Source of the DNA: an uncultured Clostridia bacterium
Lineage (GTDB): Bacteria; Bacillota; Clostridia; TANB77; CAG-465
Reading direction: 5' to 3'
Assembly: GCA_934130595.1 (NCBI GenBank)
Contig: CAKOYF010000008.1
Coordinates: 2,229 to 66,228, forward strand
Length of the DNA: 64,000 bases
This document shows, in pieces, positions 19,156 to 28,661 of this stretch. Under the pieces are notes generated by a model. The model was given only the letters and a program-made list of their open reading frames with translations. It had not been told where the DNA came from and searched no databases. The number at the start of each line of letters is the position of its first letter. Position 1 is the stretch's first letter. The position numbers and the translations under genes were made by a program.

Positions 19156-20592
19156 ATGGATAATAAAGAGTACGTAAAAGACTTAACAAAAATGGAAGAC
19201 GATTTTGCAAAGTGGTATACAGATATTGTTTTAAAATCTGAATTAGTAGACTATGCACCAGTAAAAGGATTTATGGTAATGAGACCTTATGGTTATGCTT
19301 TATGGGAAAATATTCAAAAAGTATTAGATACTAAATTTAAAGAACTAGGTCATCAAAATTGTTATTTTCCATTGTTAATACCAGAATCAATGTTAAATAA
19401 AGAAAAAGAGCATGTAGAAGGATTTGCTCCAGAAGTTGCTTGGGTAACACATGGTGGAGAAAAAGAACTAGAAGAGAGATTATGTATAAGACCAACATCT
19501 GAAACAATAATTTGTACTATGTATTCAAAATGGTTACATTCATATAGAGAATTACCATTTAAATATAATCAATGGGCAAATGTAGTTAGATGGGAAAAAA
19601 CAACAAGACCATTCTTAAGAACAGCTGAATTTTTATGGCAAGAAGGTCATACAATCCATGCTACAGCACAAGAAGCAATGGATGAGACTTTAATGATGCA
19701 TAAAGTTTATGCAGATTTCTTAAAAGATTATTTAGCTATTCCAGTAATAATGGGACAAAAATCTGAAAAAGAAAAATTTGCAGGTGCTGAAGCTACATAT
19801 ACAATAGAAGCTATGATGCATGATGGTAAAGCTTTACAATCTGGTACTTCTCATTATTTTGGAAATCATTTTGCAAAAGCTTTTGATATAAAATTCCAAA
19901 ACAAAAATGGTGAAATGGAATATGCTTACCAAACATCATGGGGAATGACAACACGTGTTATAGGTGGACTAATTATGGTTCATGGAGATAATCGTGGATT
20001 AAAAATGCCACCAAGAATAGCTCCAACTCAAGTTGTAATTGTTCCTATAGCACAACAAAAAGAAGGAGTTTTAGACAAAGTATACGAATTAAAAGAAAAA
20101 TTAGCTGGAAAATATCGTGTAGAAGTAGATGACAGAAAAGAAGTAACACCAGGATTTAAATTTAATCATTGGGAACTAAGAGGAATTCCAGTAAGAATTG
20201 AAATTGGACCAAGAGATATTGAAAATAATCAATGTATATTATTTAGACGTGATACTCTTGAAAAAGAAACAGTATCTTTAGATGAATTAGACGAGAAAAT
20301 AGCATTTTTAATGGAAGACATTCAAGCAAATATGTATAAAGCAGCTGAAGAAAACTTTAAGAGTAGAACATTCTATGCTCATGATTTTGAAGAATATAAA
20401 AAATTATTCTCAGAAAGAGAAGGATTTGCTAAAATTATGTGGTGTGGATGCAGAGAATGTGAAGATAAGATAAAAGAAGAAAATTCAACTACAATTAGAT
20501 GTATACCATTTGAAGAGGATAAGTTCCAAGATGTATGTTCTATTTGTGGTAAAAAAGCAAAACATATGGTTTATGCAGCAAGACAATATTAA
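19156..20592 (+). CDS. proS: proline--tRNA ligase (short, archaeal/eukaryote-like type)
   Basis: About 478 aa; class II motifs (RPTSET, FLRT.EFLWQEGH); C-terminal Cys cluster. ATG 19156 is preferred over TTG 19147. Confidence 0.92.
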   Translation: MDNKEYVKDLTKMEDDFAKWYTDIVLKSELVDYAPVKGFMVMRPYGYALWENIQKVLDTKFKELGHQNCYFPLLIPESMLNKEKEHVEGFAPEVAWVTHGGEKELEERLCIRPTSETIICTMYSKWLHSYRELPFKYNQWANVVRWEKTTRPFLRTAEFLWQEGHTIHATAQEAMDETLMMHKVYADFLKDYLAIPVIMGQKSEKEKFAGAEATYTIEAMMHDGKALQSGTSHYFGNHFAKAFDIKFQNKNGEMEYAYQTSWGMTTRVIGGLIMVHGDNRGLKMPPRIAPTQVVIVPIAQQKEGVLDKVYELKEKLAGKYRVEVDDRKEVTPGFKFNHWELRGIPVRIEIGPRDIENNQCILFRRDTLEKETVSLDELDEKIAFLMEDIQANMYKAAEENFKSRTFYAHDFEEYKKLFSEREGFAKIMWCGCRECEDKIKEENSTTIRCIPFEEDKFQDVCSICGKKAKHMVYAARQY

Positions 20593-20603
20593 AAATAATA
20601 AAA

Positions 20604-20630
20604 AAGGAGTATCGCAGATACTTCTTTTTC
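20604..20630 (+). terminator. intrinsic terminator
   Basis: AAGGAGTATC / GATACTTCTT stem (one G-U pair) with a 3-nt loop, then a T-run. Confidence 0.7.
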
Positions 20631-20636
20631 TCATTT

Positions 20637-21446
20637 TTGGGAGGTTTTACAAATTTGGACAAAATACATTTTTTGTGGTTACAGAAAATATCAAGCATAA
20701 ATAAAAAATTGAATTTAGAAAAGTATATAAATGAAATATATAAATATAATGAAGATATAATTGAAGCATTTAATAATACAAAAAGTATTTTAAAAGATAG
20801 TAATTTGGATTTGAGTATAGTAGAATGTCTTTTAGATAAAAATATAATTGAAAATACTAAATTTGAATATAATAATATAATAAAAAGTGGATATAAGATT
20901 GTTACAATAGAAGATAGAGAATATCCTAGAAAAATGCTTGAAAATAAAAAAGGACCATTTTGTTATATAGCCAGCTGTAATATAGATCTTAATAATAAGA
21001 ATGTATGTATATATTATAATGATTATTTTTCAAAATATGCTAAAAATTTAGTATCATATTTTGGTAAAATAGCATGTGAGGAAAATGCAAATGTATTAAC
21101 ACAATATAAAAATTCTAAAATAGAGTGTCTAAATATATTATCTTATGAGGATATGAAGTCTAATATTATTTTGCCTGAAAATAAGTACATTTTTTTACCA
21201 TTTTTTAATATAGAAGAGTTTGAATTATATTTGATTGATATACTAGTTATAGTAGAAGCAAGGTATGAAGAAAAAATAATAAAGCTTGTAGATGAAATGG
21301 CTAAAAGTGCAAAAGAAGTACTTGTAGTTCCATCAACTGTTTTTAATAAAAATAGTTATTTTTCGAATTATTTAATTAAACAAGGAGCAGATGTATTGCT
21401 AAATAAGTGGGACTTAAAATTTGTACTAAAGAGGCTAATCAGTTGA
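20637..21446 (+). CDS. divergent DprA/Smf-like protein (core motif degenerate)
   Basis: 269 aa. YPRKMLENKKGPF and LVIVEA...(V)VPSTVF....SNYLIKQGADVL resemble the DprA Rossmann domain, but the SG.A.GID segment is absent. The start is uncertain (TTG 20637 or TTG 20655 after GGAGGT). Confidence 0.4.
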   Translation: MGGFTNLDKIHFLWLQKISSINKKLNLEKYINEIYKYNEDIIEAFNNTKSILKDSNLDLSIVECLLDKNIIENTKFEYNNIIKSGYKIVTIEDREYPRKMLENKKGPFCYIASCNIDLNNKNVCIYYNDYFSKYAKNLVSYFGKIACEENANVLTQYKNSKIECLNILSYEDMKSNIILPENKYIFLPFFNIEEFELYLIDILVIVEARYEEKIIKLVDEMAKSAKEVLVVPSTVFNKNSYFSNYLIKQGADVLLNKWDLKFVLKRLIS

Positions 21447-21498
21447 CAATTTTTTTTGTTCATTATATAATTTAAACTATGAAAAGAGGAGAAAAAAT

Positions 21499-22347
21499 AT
21501 GAGCGAAAAGGACCTAGAAAAGCTAGAAAATAGTAGCGTTAGTAATAGAAGTGGAAATATAGATGAAACTAAAAAAGAAAAAACAAAAAAGAAAAGCGTG
21601 TTAAGTAATATTATCTCTATAATTATTCTTTTGGCGTGTATTGCAGGACTTATATATTCTGGAAGTAAACTATATAATTGGGTTATGAATAATATAAAGA
21701 GTAATAAAGTAATTACACAAATTAATGATATAGCTGGTGTTTCAGATATTACCAAAGATGAAAATCCAGGAGCAGAATTTGGACTAAATTTTGAATCGTT
21801 AACAGCATATAACAGTGATATAGTTGGATGGATTAGAGTACCAGGTACATCAATTAGTTATTCTTTAGTACATGCAGAAAATAATAACAAGTACTTAAGA
21901 CATTCAATTGATGGAACATATAACGAATTTGGATGGCCATTTTTAGACTATAAAAACACACCAGATTTCACAGATAAAAATACAGTAATATATGGGCATA
22001 ATATAGTTAGTGGATTAATGTTTGCAGATCTTTCCTACATATACAATGGAATATTAGGAAATGATGTTGAAATAGATATATACAGAAAAGATTATAGATT
22101 GTTAAAATACAAAGTATTTTCAACATATATAACAGATCCAGAATCATATTATCTAACAACATATTTTTCAAATGATGATGCATACAGTACATATTTAAGT
22201 ACAATGATGTCAAGAAGTGTTAGAAACTTCAATCAAACAGTTGGAGTAGATGATACAATATTAACACTTTCAACTTGTACATCTGATGCTAAAAGAAGAA
22301 TAGTAGTGCAAGCAAAATTAGTTTCAAATACAGAAATGCCTAGATAA
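21499..22347 (+). CDS. class B-like sortase
   Basis: 282 aa; N-terminal TM anchor; YGHN...G.MFADL; catalytic TLSTC; distal RR.VV. Confidence 0.85.
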   Translation: MSEKDLEKLENSSVSNRSGNIDETKKEKTKKKSVLSNIISIIILLACIAGLIYSGSKLYNWVMNNIKSNKVITQINDIAGVSDITKDENPGAEFGLNFESLTAYNSDIVGWIRVPGTSISYSLVHAENNNKYLRHSIDGTYNEFGWPFLDYKNTPDFTDKNTVIYGHNIVSGLMFADLSYIYNGILGNDVEIDIYRKDYRLLKYKVFSTYITDPESYYLTTYFSNDDAYSTYLSTMMSRSVRNFNQTVGVDDTILTLSTCTSDAKRRIVVQAKLVSNTEMPR

Positions 22348-22358
22348 TAATTTAAAAA

Positions 22359-22391
22359 GGTGCATACTAGAAATTAGTGTGCGCTTTTTTT
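22359..22391 (+). terminator. intrinsic terminator
   Basis: GGTGCATACTA / TAGTGTGCGC stem (two G-U pairs), then TTTTTTT. Confidence 0.7.
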
Positions 22392-22462
22392 ACAAAATTT
22401 TGTAAAAATATTTACAAAGAAATTATAATATTATATAATTAATATCCTGTAAAAGAGGGGAG

Positions 22463-23593
22463 ATGAAGCTTTTGCAGAGACTTCAGTTTGATTCTGGAGA
22501 GGAAATTTCTAGAAAAGAGTATTTAAAAAGAAAAAAAAGAAATTCTAAGCTTCTAAGAAAAAGAAGTAAGATAACATATATATTAATGGCTACTTTTATG
22601 GCACTAGCAGTGTATATAATAGTACAAGTTTTCATTTATAGAAAGTATAATAATTTTAAATATACTTTAGGCGAAGGTGTAAATGATCAAGCTGTATACA
22701 ACATATACTTTGTAACAGAAGGATACACATATGATCCTGTATATTCAATAAGCTCAATTTCATCATTAGGACAAGATGAAAAATCTATATTACCATCTAG
22801 TAATATATCTTCTGTGATTGTAGATGAAGATTACTTGTATGGAGTAAGAAAAGGTGTAATTTGCAAAATAAACAAAAGTAATTATGATATAGAAGAACTA
22901 GTAAATGATGATGTAAAAAAATATATAAAACATAATAATATTATTATATATACTTCAACAGATGAGCAAAAGTTAAAAGCATATAATATTGAAAATGCTG
23001 CTGTTACTGACTTTGATATTTCAAATGTTGAACAAATTCTTGCAAATGATAATAATGTTTTTGCTATAACACATACTACTAGCGAGAAATCTATGTATAG
23101 ATTTGATTACAGTGGACAAGGTAAGACTAAAATATCTGGAGATAATAAAGTTGCTTATGCAATAGAAGATAATGGAACAATTTATTACATAAATAAGAGT
23201 GATTCAAATAAAATATACAAAATGGATACAAATGGCGAAAATGCATCTAGTCTTGGGGATATAAAAGGAATTAGTACTAGTGGACAAGTAAAACAAACTA
23301 ATGGTCAAAGATGTATGTTTGTAAAAAATAATATGTTATACTTTATAAATTCTGAAGACGAAGATAGCTTATGGTCTTATGATTTATCTAGTGGAGAAAA
23401 AGAAAGAATTATTTCTGCATCAATTGAAATTCTTCAAAATATAGATAATACTGTTTTTTATAAAATAGATAATGAAATGGGTGTATATTTGTATAACTAT
23501 GATACAAAATTTATGTCTTTAATAACAAAAAGAAGAGTTAAAGAATTCGTAATAGATACATATACAGATGTTGTACAAGAAGATAAAATATAA
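22463..23593 (+). CDS. membrane-anchored DUF5050-like beta-propeller protein
   Basis: 376 aa; single TM (ITYILMATFMALAVYIIVQVFIY). Repeated IYY(I/T)N..D...(I/L)YK.D..G blades are typical of DUF5050. Confidence 0.6.
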   Translation: MKLLQRLQFDSGEEISRKEYLKRKKRNSKLLRKRSKITYILMATFMALAVYIIVQVFIYRKYNNFKYTLGEGVNDQAVYNIYFVTEGYTYDPVYSISSISSLGQDEKSILPSSNISSVIVDEDYLYGVRKGVICKINKSNYDIEELVNDDVKKYIKHNNIIIYTSTDEQKLKAYNIENAAVTDFDISNVEQILANDNNVFAITHTTSEKSMYRFDYSGQGKTKISGDNKVAYAIEDNGTIYYINKSDSNKIYKMDTNGENASSLGDIKGISTSGQVKQTNGQRCMFVKNNMLYFINSEDEDSLWSYDLSSGEKERIISASIEILQNIDNTVFYKIDNEMGVYLYNYDTKFMSLITKRRVKEFVIDTYTDVVQEDKI

Positions 23594-23717
23594 AAATAGT
23601 AACTGTTAAGAAATTATATTGAAACATAAATGATATAAACAAGCTAAAAACTATATAAATGTTGCTTTAAAAATTTATATAATGTATAATTATAGTGACA
23701 GTAATAGGAGGTAATTT

Positions 23718-23996
23718 ATGAAAAACAAATTAAAATTTGGAGTGCTTGCCGCAGTTATGGGAATAGTTATGAGCTGTCAAACTTTTGCTGTTGTATATGA
23801 ACCAAACCTTGACGTAGATATTAATGTGGATAGAACAGAAGCTTTAGATGGAGAAGATGTTGTAAATAAAATATTAGATTTATATAATAGTGGAAAGATT
23901 TTAACAGACGAAGAATTAGCTGAATATGATTTAGATCATAATGGTATAGTAGATGCTAATGACGCTGCAGTAGCATTAGATAGTATTAATAATTAG
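23718..23996 (+). CDS. small secreted dockerin-like / EF-hand Ca-binding protein
   Basis: 92 aa; signal peptide (KFGVLAAVMGIVMSCQTFA). Two loop-helix segments: DINVDRTEALDGEDVVNKIL and DLDHNGIVDANDAAVAL. Confidence 0.55.
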   Translation: MKNKLKFGVLAAVMGIVMSCQTFAVVYEPNLDVDINVDRTEALDGEDVVNKILDLYNSGKILTDEELAEYDLDHNGIVDANDAAVALDSINN

Positions 23997-24012
23997 AAAA
24001 AATATAATGAGA

Positions 24013-24038
24013 AAGAAGGAGTATTCCTTCTTTTTTTC
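24013..24038 (+). terminator. intrinsic terminator
   Basis: AAGAAGGA / TCCTTCTT stem with a GTAT loop, then a T-run. Confidence 0.8.
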
Positions 24039-24107
24039 GTTATAATTAGTTACATATTTATTTAAAGAGTTACTATTTTGAAAATGTTTGTATTTTTTGT
24101 TAATTCC

Positions 24108-24136
24108 TTGAATTTAGAGGCTTTTTGTAATATAAT
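24108..24136 (+). promoter_or_regulatory. sigma-A-type promoter
   Basis: TTGAAT, 17-nt spacer, TATAAT. Confidence 0.55.
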
Positions 24137-24171
24137 ATGTATATGTTTATGCCTTTTGAAAGGTGGAAGTT

Positions 24172-25053
24172 ATGAAAAAAGTAAAACTAGTATATAATTC
24201 TATTGCTGGTCAAAGTAAATTTACATATTTTCTAGATAGTGTAATAGAAAAATTTATGCAAAATGACCTAGAAGTTGTAATATATAGAGCAGGTCAAAAA
24301 GATAATTTAGAAGAATTTTTAAAAAATTCAGATAACGAGGAATTGTATGGAATTATTGTGGCTGGAGGTGATGGTACTCTAAATAAAGTAGTTACAATAA
24401 TGATGAAGTATAATATAAAAACACCTTTAGGTGTCATTCCTGCTGGAACTTCAAATGACTTTGCAAGACATATAAATATGCCAAATAGCTATGTAGAATC
24501 TGTTGAAAAGATTTTAAAAAATAACGTTGAAAGTGTGGACGTAGGAAAAGCAAACGAAAAATATTTTATTAATGTTTGCTCAGCTGGATTATTCACAAAT
24601 TCTTCTCAAAAAGCAGATCCAGACTTAAAAAAGACATTAGGAAAAGCTTCTTATTTTATAACTGGTGCAAAAGAATTATTTAAATTTAGACCTTTTAGTG
24701 TAAGGATAAAAACAGACAGTGAAGAATTTTTAGAAAAAATAAATTTATTTATTATATTTAATGGAAGTAGTGTTGGAGGAATGAAGTATTTATCTTCAGA
24801 TTCTAGCATACAGGACGGATTATTAGATTTAATAGTAATTAAAAATTGTAGTCTTCATGAAGTTACAAGACTACTTGCAAAAGTACTTTCTGGAAACTTA
24901 GAAGATAAAAATATAATATATAGAAAAACCAAAAGTGTAGTAATTGAAAAGTTAAGAGGAAAATGTGATAGACCAGATGTCGATGGTGATGAAGGTCCAG
25001 ATTTTCCTATGAATGTTGAATGTGTAAAAGATGCAATAAACATGTTTTTATAA
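24172..25053 (+). CDS. diacylglycerol/lipid kinase family protein (YegS/DagK-like)
   Basis: About 293 aa; GGDGTLN motif and P.GT.NDFAR motif. ATG 24172 after AAAGGTGGA. Confidence 0.85.
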   Translation: MKKVKLVYNSIAGQSKFTYFLDSVIEKFMQNDLEVVIYRAGQKDNLEEFLKNSDNEELYGIIVAGGDGTLNKVVTIMMKYNIKTPLGVIPAGTSNDFARHINMPNSYVESVEKILKNNVESVDVGKANEKYFINVCSAGLFTNSSQKADPDLKKTLGKASYFITGAKELFKFRPFSVRIKTDSEEFLEKINLFIIFNGSSVGGMKYLSSDSSIQDGLLDLIVIKNCSLHEVTRLLAKVLSGNLEDKNIIYRKTKSVVIEKLRGKCDRPDVDGDEGPDFPMNVECVKDAINMFL

Positions 25054-25072
25054 AAAAAATGGAGGTGAAATC

Positions 25073-26203
25073 GTGATAGATACTAAAAAGATAAAAAAAG
25101 AAATGCTTAAAAGTGAGAAAATACTTGGAAAACATGCTTGTAGGTCAAAAGATGCAATAAGAGAACAAGAGCAAGACGAAGATATAAGATTAGAATTTGC
25201 AAGAGATGTAGATAAGATAATACATTCTTCTTGTTATACTAGATATATGTCTAAAACTCAAGTGTTTGTTGAGCCTTTAAATGATCATATATCTACACGA
25301 ATGACACATGTTCAATATGTATCTAAAGCTGCAAGAACAATAGCTAGAGCTTTAAGATTAAATGAAGATTTGTGTGAAGCAATTGCATTAGGACATGATG
25401 TAGGACATACTCCATATGGTCATTTTGGAGAGAGTATATTAAATAAGATATCTAAAACTTACAATGACGGAAAATGTTTTGCACATAATTTAAATAGTGT
25501 GAGAGTTTTTACAGTAACAGAGAAAAAAGGAAATACTACTAATTTAACATTACAGGTATTAGATGGAATAATGTGCCATAATGGAGAATTTGTACAAGAA
25601 AAGTACATGCCTAATAGGAATAAGACATTTGAAACTTTATATAAAGAATATGAAGAATGTCTTAAAAATGAAGAGATGATCAAGCGACTGATACCTATGA
25701 CTTTAGAGGGATGTGTAGTTAGAGTATCAGATATAATAGGATATATTGGAAAAGATATAGATGACGCTAATCGACTCGGAGTTTTTAATAAAGAACTTTT
25801 ACCTGAAAATGTAAAGAAATATTTAGGTACAGAAAATACACAAATAATGAATAGTATTATAGTTGATGTAATAAAAAATAGCTATAATAAAGATTATATA
25901 TCAATGTCTAAAGAAGTGTATGAAGCAGTAAAAACATTGAAAAAGTTTAATTATGATAACATATATTATCAAGCTATAACACAAGAAGACAGAGCAAGAT
26001 ATACAAAAACAATAGAAACACTATATAGTGTATATAGTCGTGCATTAGATTTAGAAGATAAAAAAAATGATATATATAAATTGTACTTAAATAATATGAG
26101 CGAAGAATACTTAAAAAACAACAGTGATTCACAAAAAATAATAGATTACATATCAGGAATGACAGATAATTATTTACAAAGACAATATGAGAAATATAAG
26201 TAG
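25073..26203 (+). CDS. dGTP triphosphohydrolase-like HD-domain protein
   Basis: 376 aa; FARDVDKIIHS..Y.R...KTQVF and TRMTHV; GHDVGHTPYGH HD motif. GTG start after GGAGGTGA. Confidence 0.85.
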   Translation: MIDTKKIKKEMLKSEKILGKHACRSKDAIREQEQDEDIRLEFARDVDKIIHSSCYTRYMSKTQVFVEPLNDHISTRMTHVQYVSKAARTIARALRLNEDLCEAIALGHDVGHTPYGHFGESILNKISKTYNDGKCFAHNLNSVRVFTVTEKKGNTTNLTLQVLDGIMCHNGEFVQEKYMPNRNKTFETLYKEYEECLKNEEMIKRLIPMTLEGCVVRVSDIIGYIGKDIDDANRLGVFNKELLPENVKKYLGTENTQIMNSIIVDVIKNSYNKDYISMSKEVYEAVKTLKKFNYDNIYYQAITQEDRARYTKTIETLYSVYSRALDLEDKKNDIYKLYLNNMSEEYLKNNSDSQKIIDYISGMTDNYLQRQYEKYK

Positions 26204-26222
26204 TAAGGAGAGATAATAGATT

Positions 26223-28643
26223 ATGTATGATAAGAGTATAGATAAAAAATGGCAAAAAATATGGGAAGAAAAAAATTGTTTTCATGCTGTAACAGGTGAA
26301 AAAGATAAGAAGAAATTTTATGCCTTAATAGAATTCCCATATCCTTCTGGAGCAGGATTACACGTAGGACATGCAAGAGCATTTATGGGTATGGAAGTGC
26401 TTTCAAGAAAGAAAAGAATGGAAGGATACAACGTATTATTTCCAATAGGATTTGATGCTTTTGGACTTCCAACAGAAAACTATGCTATGAAAAAGAACAT
26501 TCATCCAAGAATTGTAACAGATAACAATATAGCAACATTTACAAAACAATTAAAATCAATAGGATTCTCTTTTGATTGGGATAGAGTTATAGATACAACA
26601 GATCCTAAGTATTATAAATGGACTCAATGGATTTTCTTAAAATTATTTGAACATGGACTTGCATATAAAGATAAAACATATGTAAATTATTGCCCTAAAT
26701 GTAGAGTAATATTAGCTAATGAAGAATCACAAGGTGGAGTTTGTGATAGATGTGATAGCGAAATTGTTCAAATGGAAAAAGAAGTTTGGATGCTTAAGAT
26801 AACAGATTATGCAGATAAACTATTAGAAGGATTAGATGAAGTAAACTTCCCACCTAGAGTTAGACTAGAACAAGAAAATTGGATTGGAAGATCTTATGGT
26901 GCAGAAATAGATTTTAAAGTAGATAAAAAAGAAGATATATTAACTGTATATACAACAAGACCAGATACAATTTATGGTGTTACATATATGGCTATAGCAC
27001 CAGAACATCCTTTACTTGAAAAATATAAAGATGAAATAACTAATTATGATGAAATCTTAAATTATAGAAAAGAAGCTGCTAAGAAAACAGAATTTGAAAG
27101 AGTAGAGCTTGCTAAAAATAAAACTGGTGTTAAAGTAGAAGGCTTAAACATTGTTAATCCAGTAACTAAAAAAAATGTTCCATTATGGGTTACAGACTAT
27201 GTTATGATGGGATATGGTACAGGAGCAATAATGGCTGTTCCAGCTCATGACACTAGAGACTTTGAGTTTGCTAAAAAATTTGGAATAGATATGATTCAAG
27301 TTGTAGCAAATAAAGAAGGAGAAAAGGTAGATTTAGATAAAGAAGCTTACACAGATATTGAAGACGGAATAATAGTAAATTCTGAAATGTTGAATGGACT
27401 ATCTGTTAAAGAAGCAAAAACTAAAATTACAGAATACTTAGAAGAAAACCATATCGGAAAGAGCAAGAAGAACTATCACATGAAAGATTGGGCTTTTGCA
27501 AGACAAAGATATTGGGGAGAACCAGTACCAATTATTAAATGTCCACATTGTGGTTTAGTACCTCTAAAAGAAGAAGATTTACCATTAGAGTTACCAGACA
27601 TTAAGGACTTTGTACCTGGAGAAGATGGAGAATCACCACTTGCTAAAGTAGATTCATGGGTAAATGTAAAATGTCCTAAATGTGGAATGGATGCAAAAAG
27701 AGAAACAGATACAATGCCACAATGGGCTGGATCATCTTGGTATTTCTTAAGATACATGGATCCACACAACGATAATGCTTTAGCATCAAAAGAAGCTTTA
27801 GATTATTGGAAACAAGTAGATTGCTATAATGGTGGTATGGAACATGTTACAAGACACTTGATTTATTCAAGATTTTGGCATAGATTCTTATATGATATAG
27901 GTGTAGTACCAACATCAGAACCATATGCAAGAAGAACTACACAAGGTTTAATACTTGCAGCGGATGGAAGTAAAATGTCTAAATCTAAAGGAAATGTTGT
28001 TAATCCAGATGATATAGTACAAGAATATGGTGCAGATACATTAAGAACATATATATTATTTATTGGGGATTATGGAATGGCTGCTCCTTGGTCTGAAAAT
28101 GGAGTAAAAGGTGCTAAAAAATTCTTAGATAGAGTAATGAGAATAGAATCATTAGTAACAGATGAAAACATAGAATCTAAAGAATTAGACAGAGAATTAA
28201 ATATAACTATAAAGAAAGTAAGTCAAGACTATGAAGAAATGAAATATAATACAGCAATAGCTGCAATGATGAGCTATGTAAATGTATTATATAAACAAGA
28301 TAAAATAAGCAAAAAATATGTAAAACCATTATTACAAATTTTAAATCCAGTTGCTCCTCACGTAACAGAAGAGTTATGGCAAAAAATAGGATTAGAAGGA
28401 TACATATTTGAAAGTAAGTGGCCAGAATATGATGAATCAAAAATGGTTGCTGATGAGATAGAAATACCAGTTCAAGTAAATGGAAATGTAAGATATAGAA
28501 TTACAGTACCATCTGATGCAGATGAAAAAACAATAGAAAAAGTTGCTAAAGAATCACCAGCATTAGCTAATTATTTAACTGGAAAAGAAATAAAGAAAGT
28601 AATTGTAATCAAATCTAAGATTGTTAATATTGTAATAGGTTAG
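26223..28643 (+). CDS. leuS: leucine--tRNA ligase
   Basis: 806 aa; class I HVGH (HIGH) and KMSKSKGN (KMSKS) motifs. Confidence 0.95.
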   Translation: MYDKSIDKKWQKIWEEKNCFHAVTGEKDKKKFYALIEFPYPSGAGLHVGHARAFMGMEVLSRKKRMEGYNVLFPIGFDAFGLPTENYAMKKNIHPRIVTDNNIATFTKQLKSIGFSFDWDRVIDTTDPKYYKWTQWIFLKLFEHGLAYKDKTYVNYCPKCRVILANEESQGGVCDRCDSEIVQMEKEVWMLKITDYADKLLEGLDEVNFPPRVRLEQENWIGRSYGAEIDFKVDKKEDILTVYTTRPDTIYGVTYMAIAPEHPLLEKYKDEITNYDEILNYRKEAAKKTEFERVELAKNKTGVKVEGLNIVNPVTKKNVPLWVTDYVMMGYGTGAIMAVPAHDTRDFEFAKKFGIDMIQVVANKEGEKVDLDKEAYTDIEDGIIVNSEMLNGLSVKEAKTKITEYLEENHIGKSKKNYHMKDWAFARQRYWGEPVPIIKCPHCGLVPLKEEDLPLELPDIKDFVPGEDGESPLAKVDSWVNVKCPKCGMDAKRETDTMPQWAGSSWYFLRYMDPHNDNALASKEALDYWKQVDCYNGGMEHVTRHLIYSRFWHRFLYDIGVVPTSEPYARRTTQGLILAADGSKMSKSKGNVVNPDDIVQEYGADTLRTYILFIGDYGMAAPWSENGVKGAKKFLDRVMRIESLVTDENIESKELDRELNITIKKVSQDYEEMKYNTAIAAMMSYVNVLYKQDKISKKYVKPLLQILNPVAPHVTEELWQKIGLEGYIFESKWPEYDESKMVADEIEIPVQVNGNVRYRITVPSDADEKTIEKVAKESPALANYLTGKEIKKVIVIKSKIVNIVIG

Positions 28644-28661
28644 AAATCAAAGGTGATATAT

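Noticed and set aside
20510-20704. 64-aa ORF spanning the proS 3' end and terminator
   Set aside because: It overlaps proS in another frame and runs through the terminator hairpin. It has no RBS.
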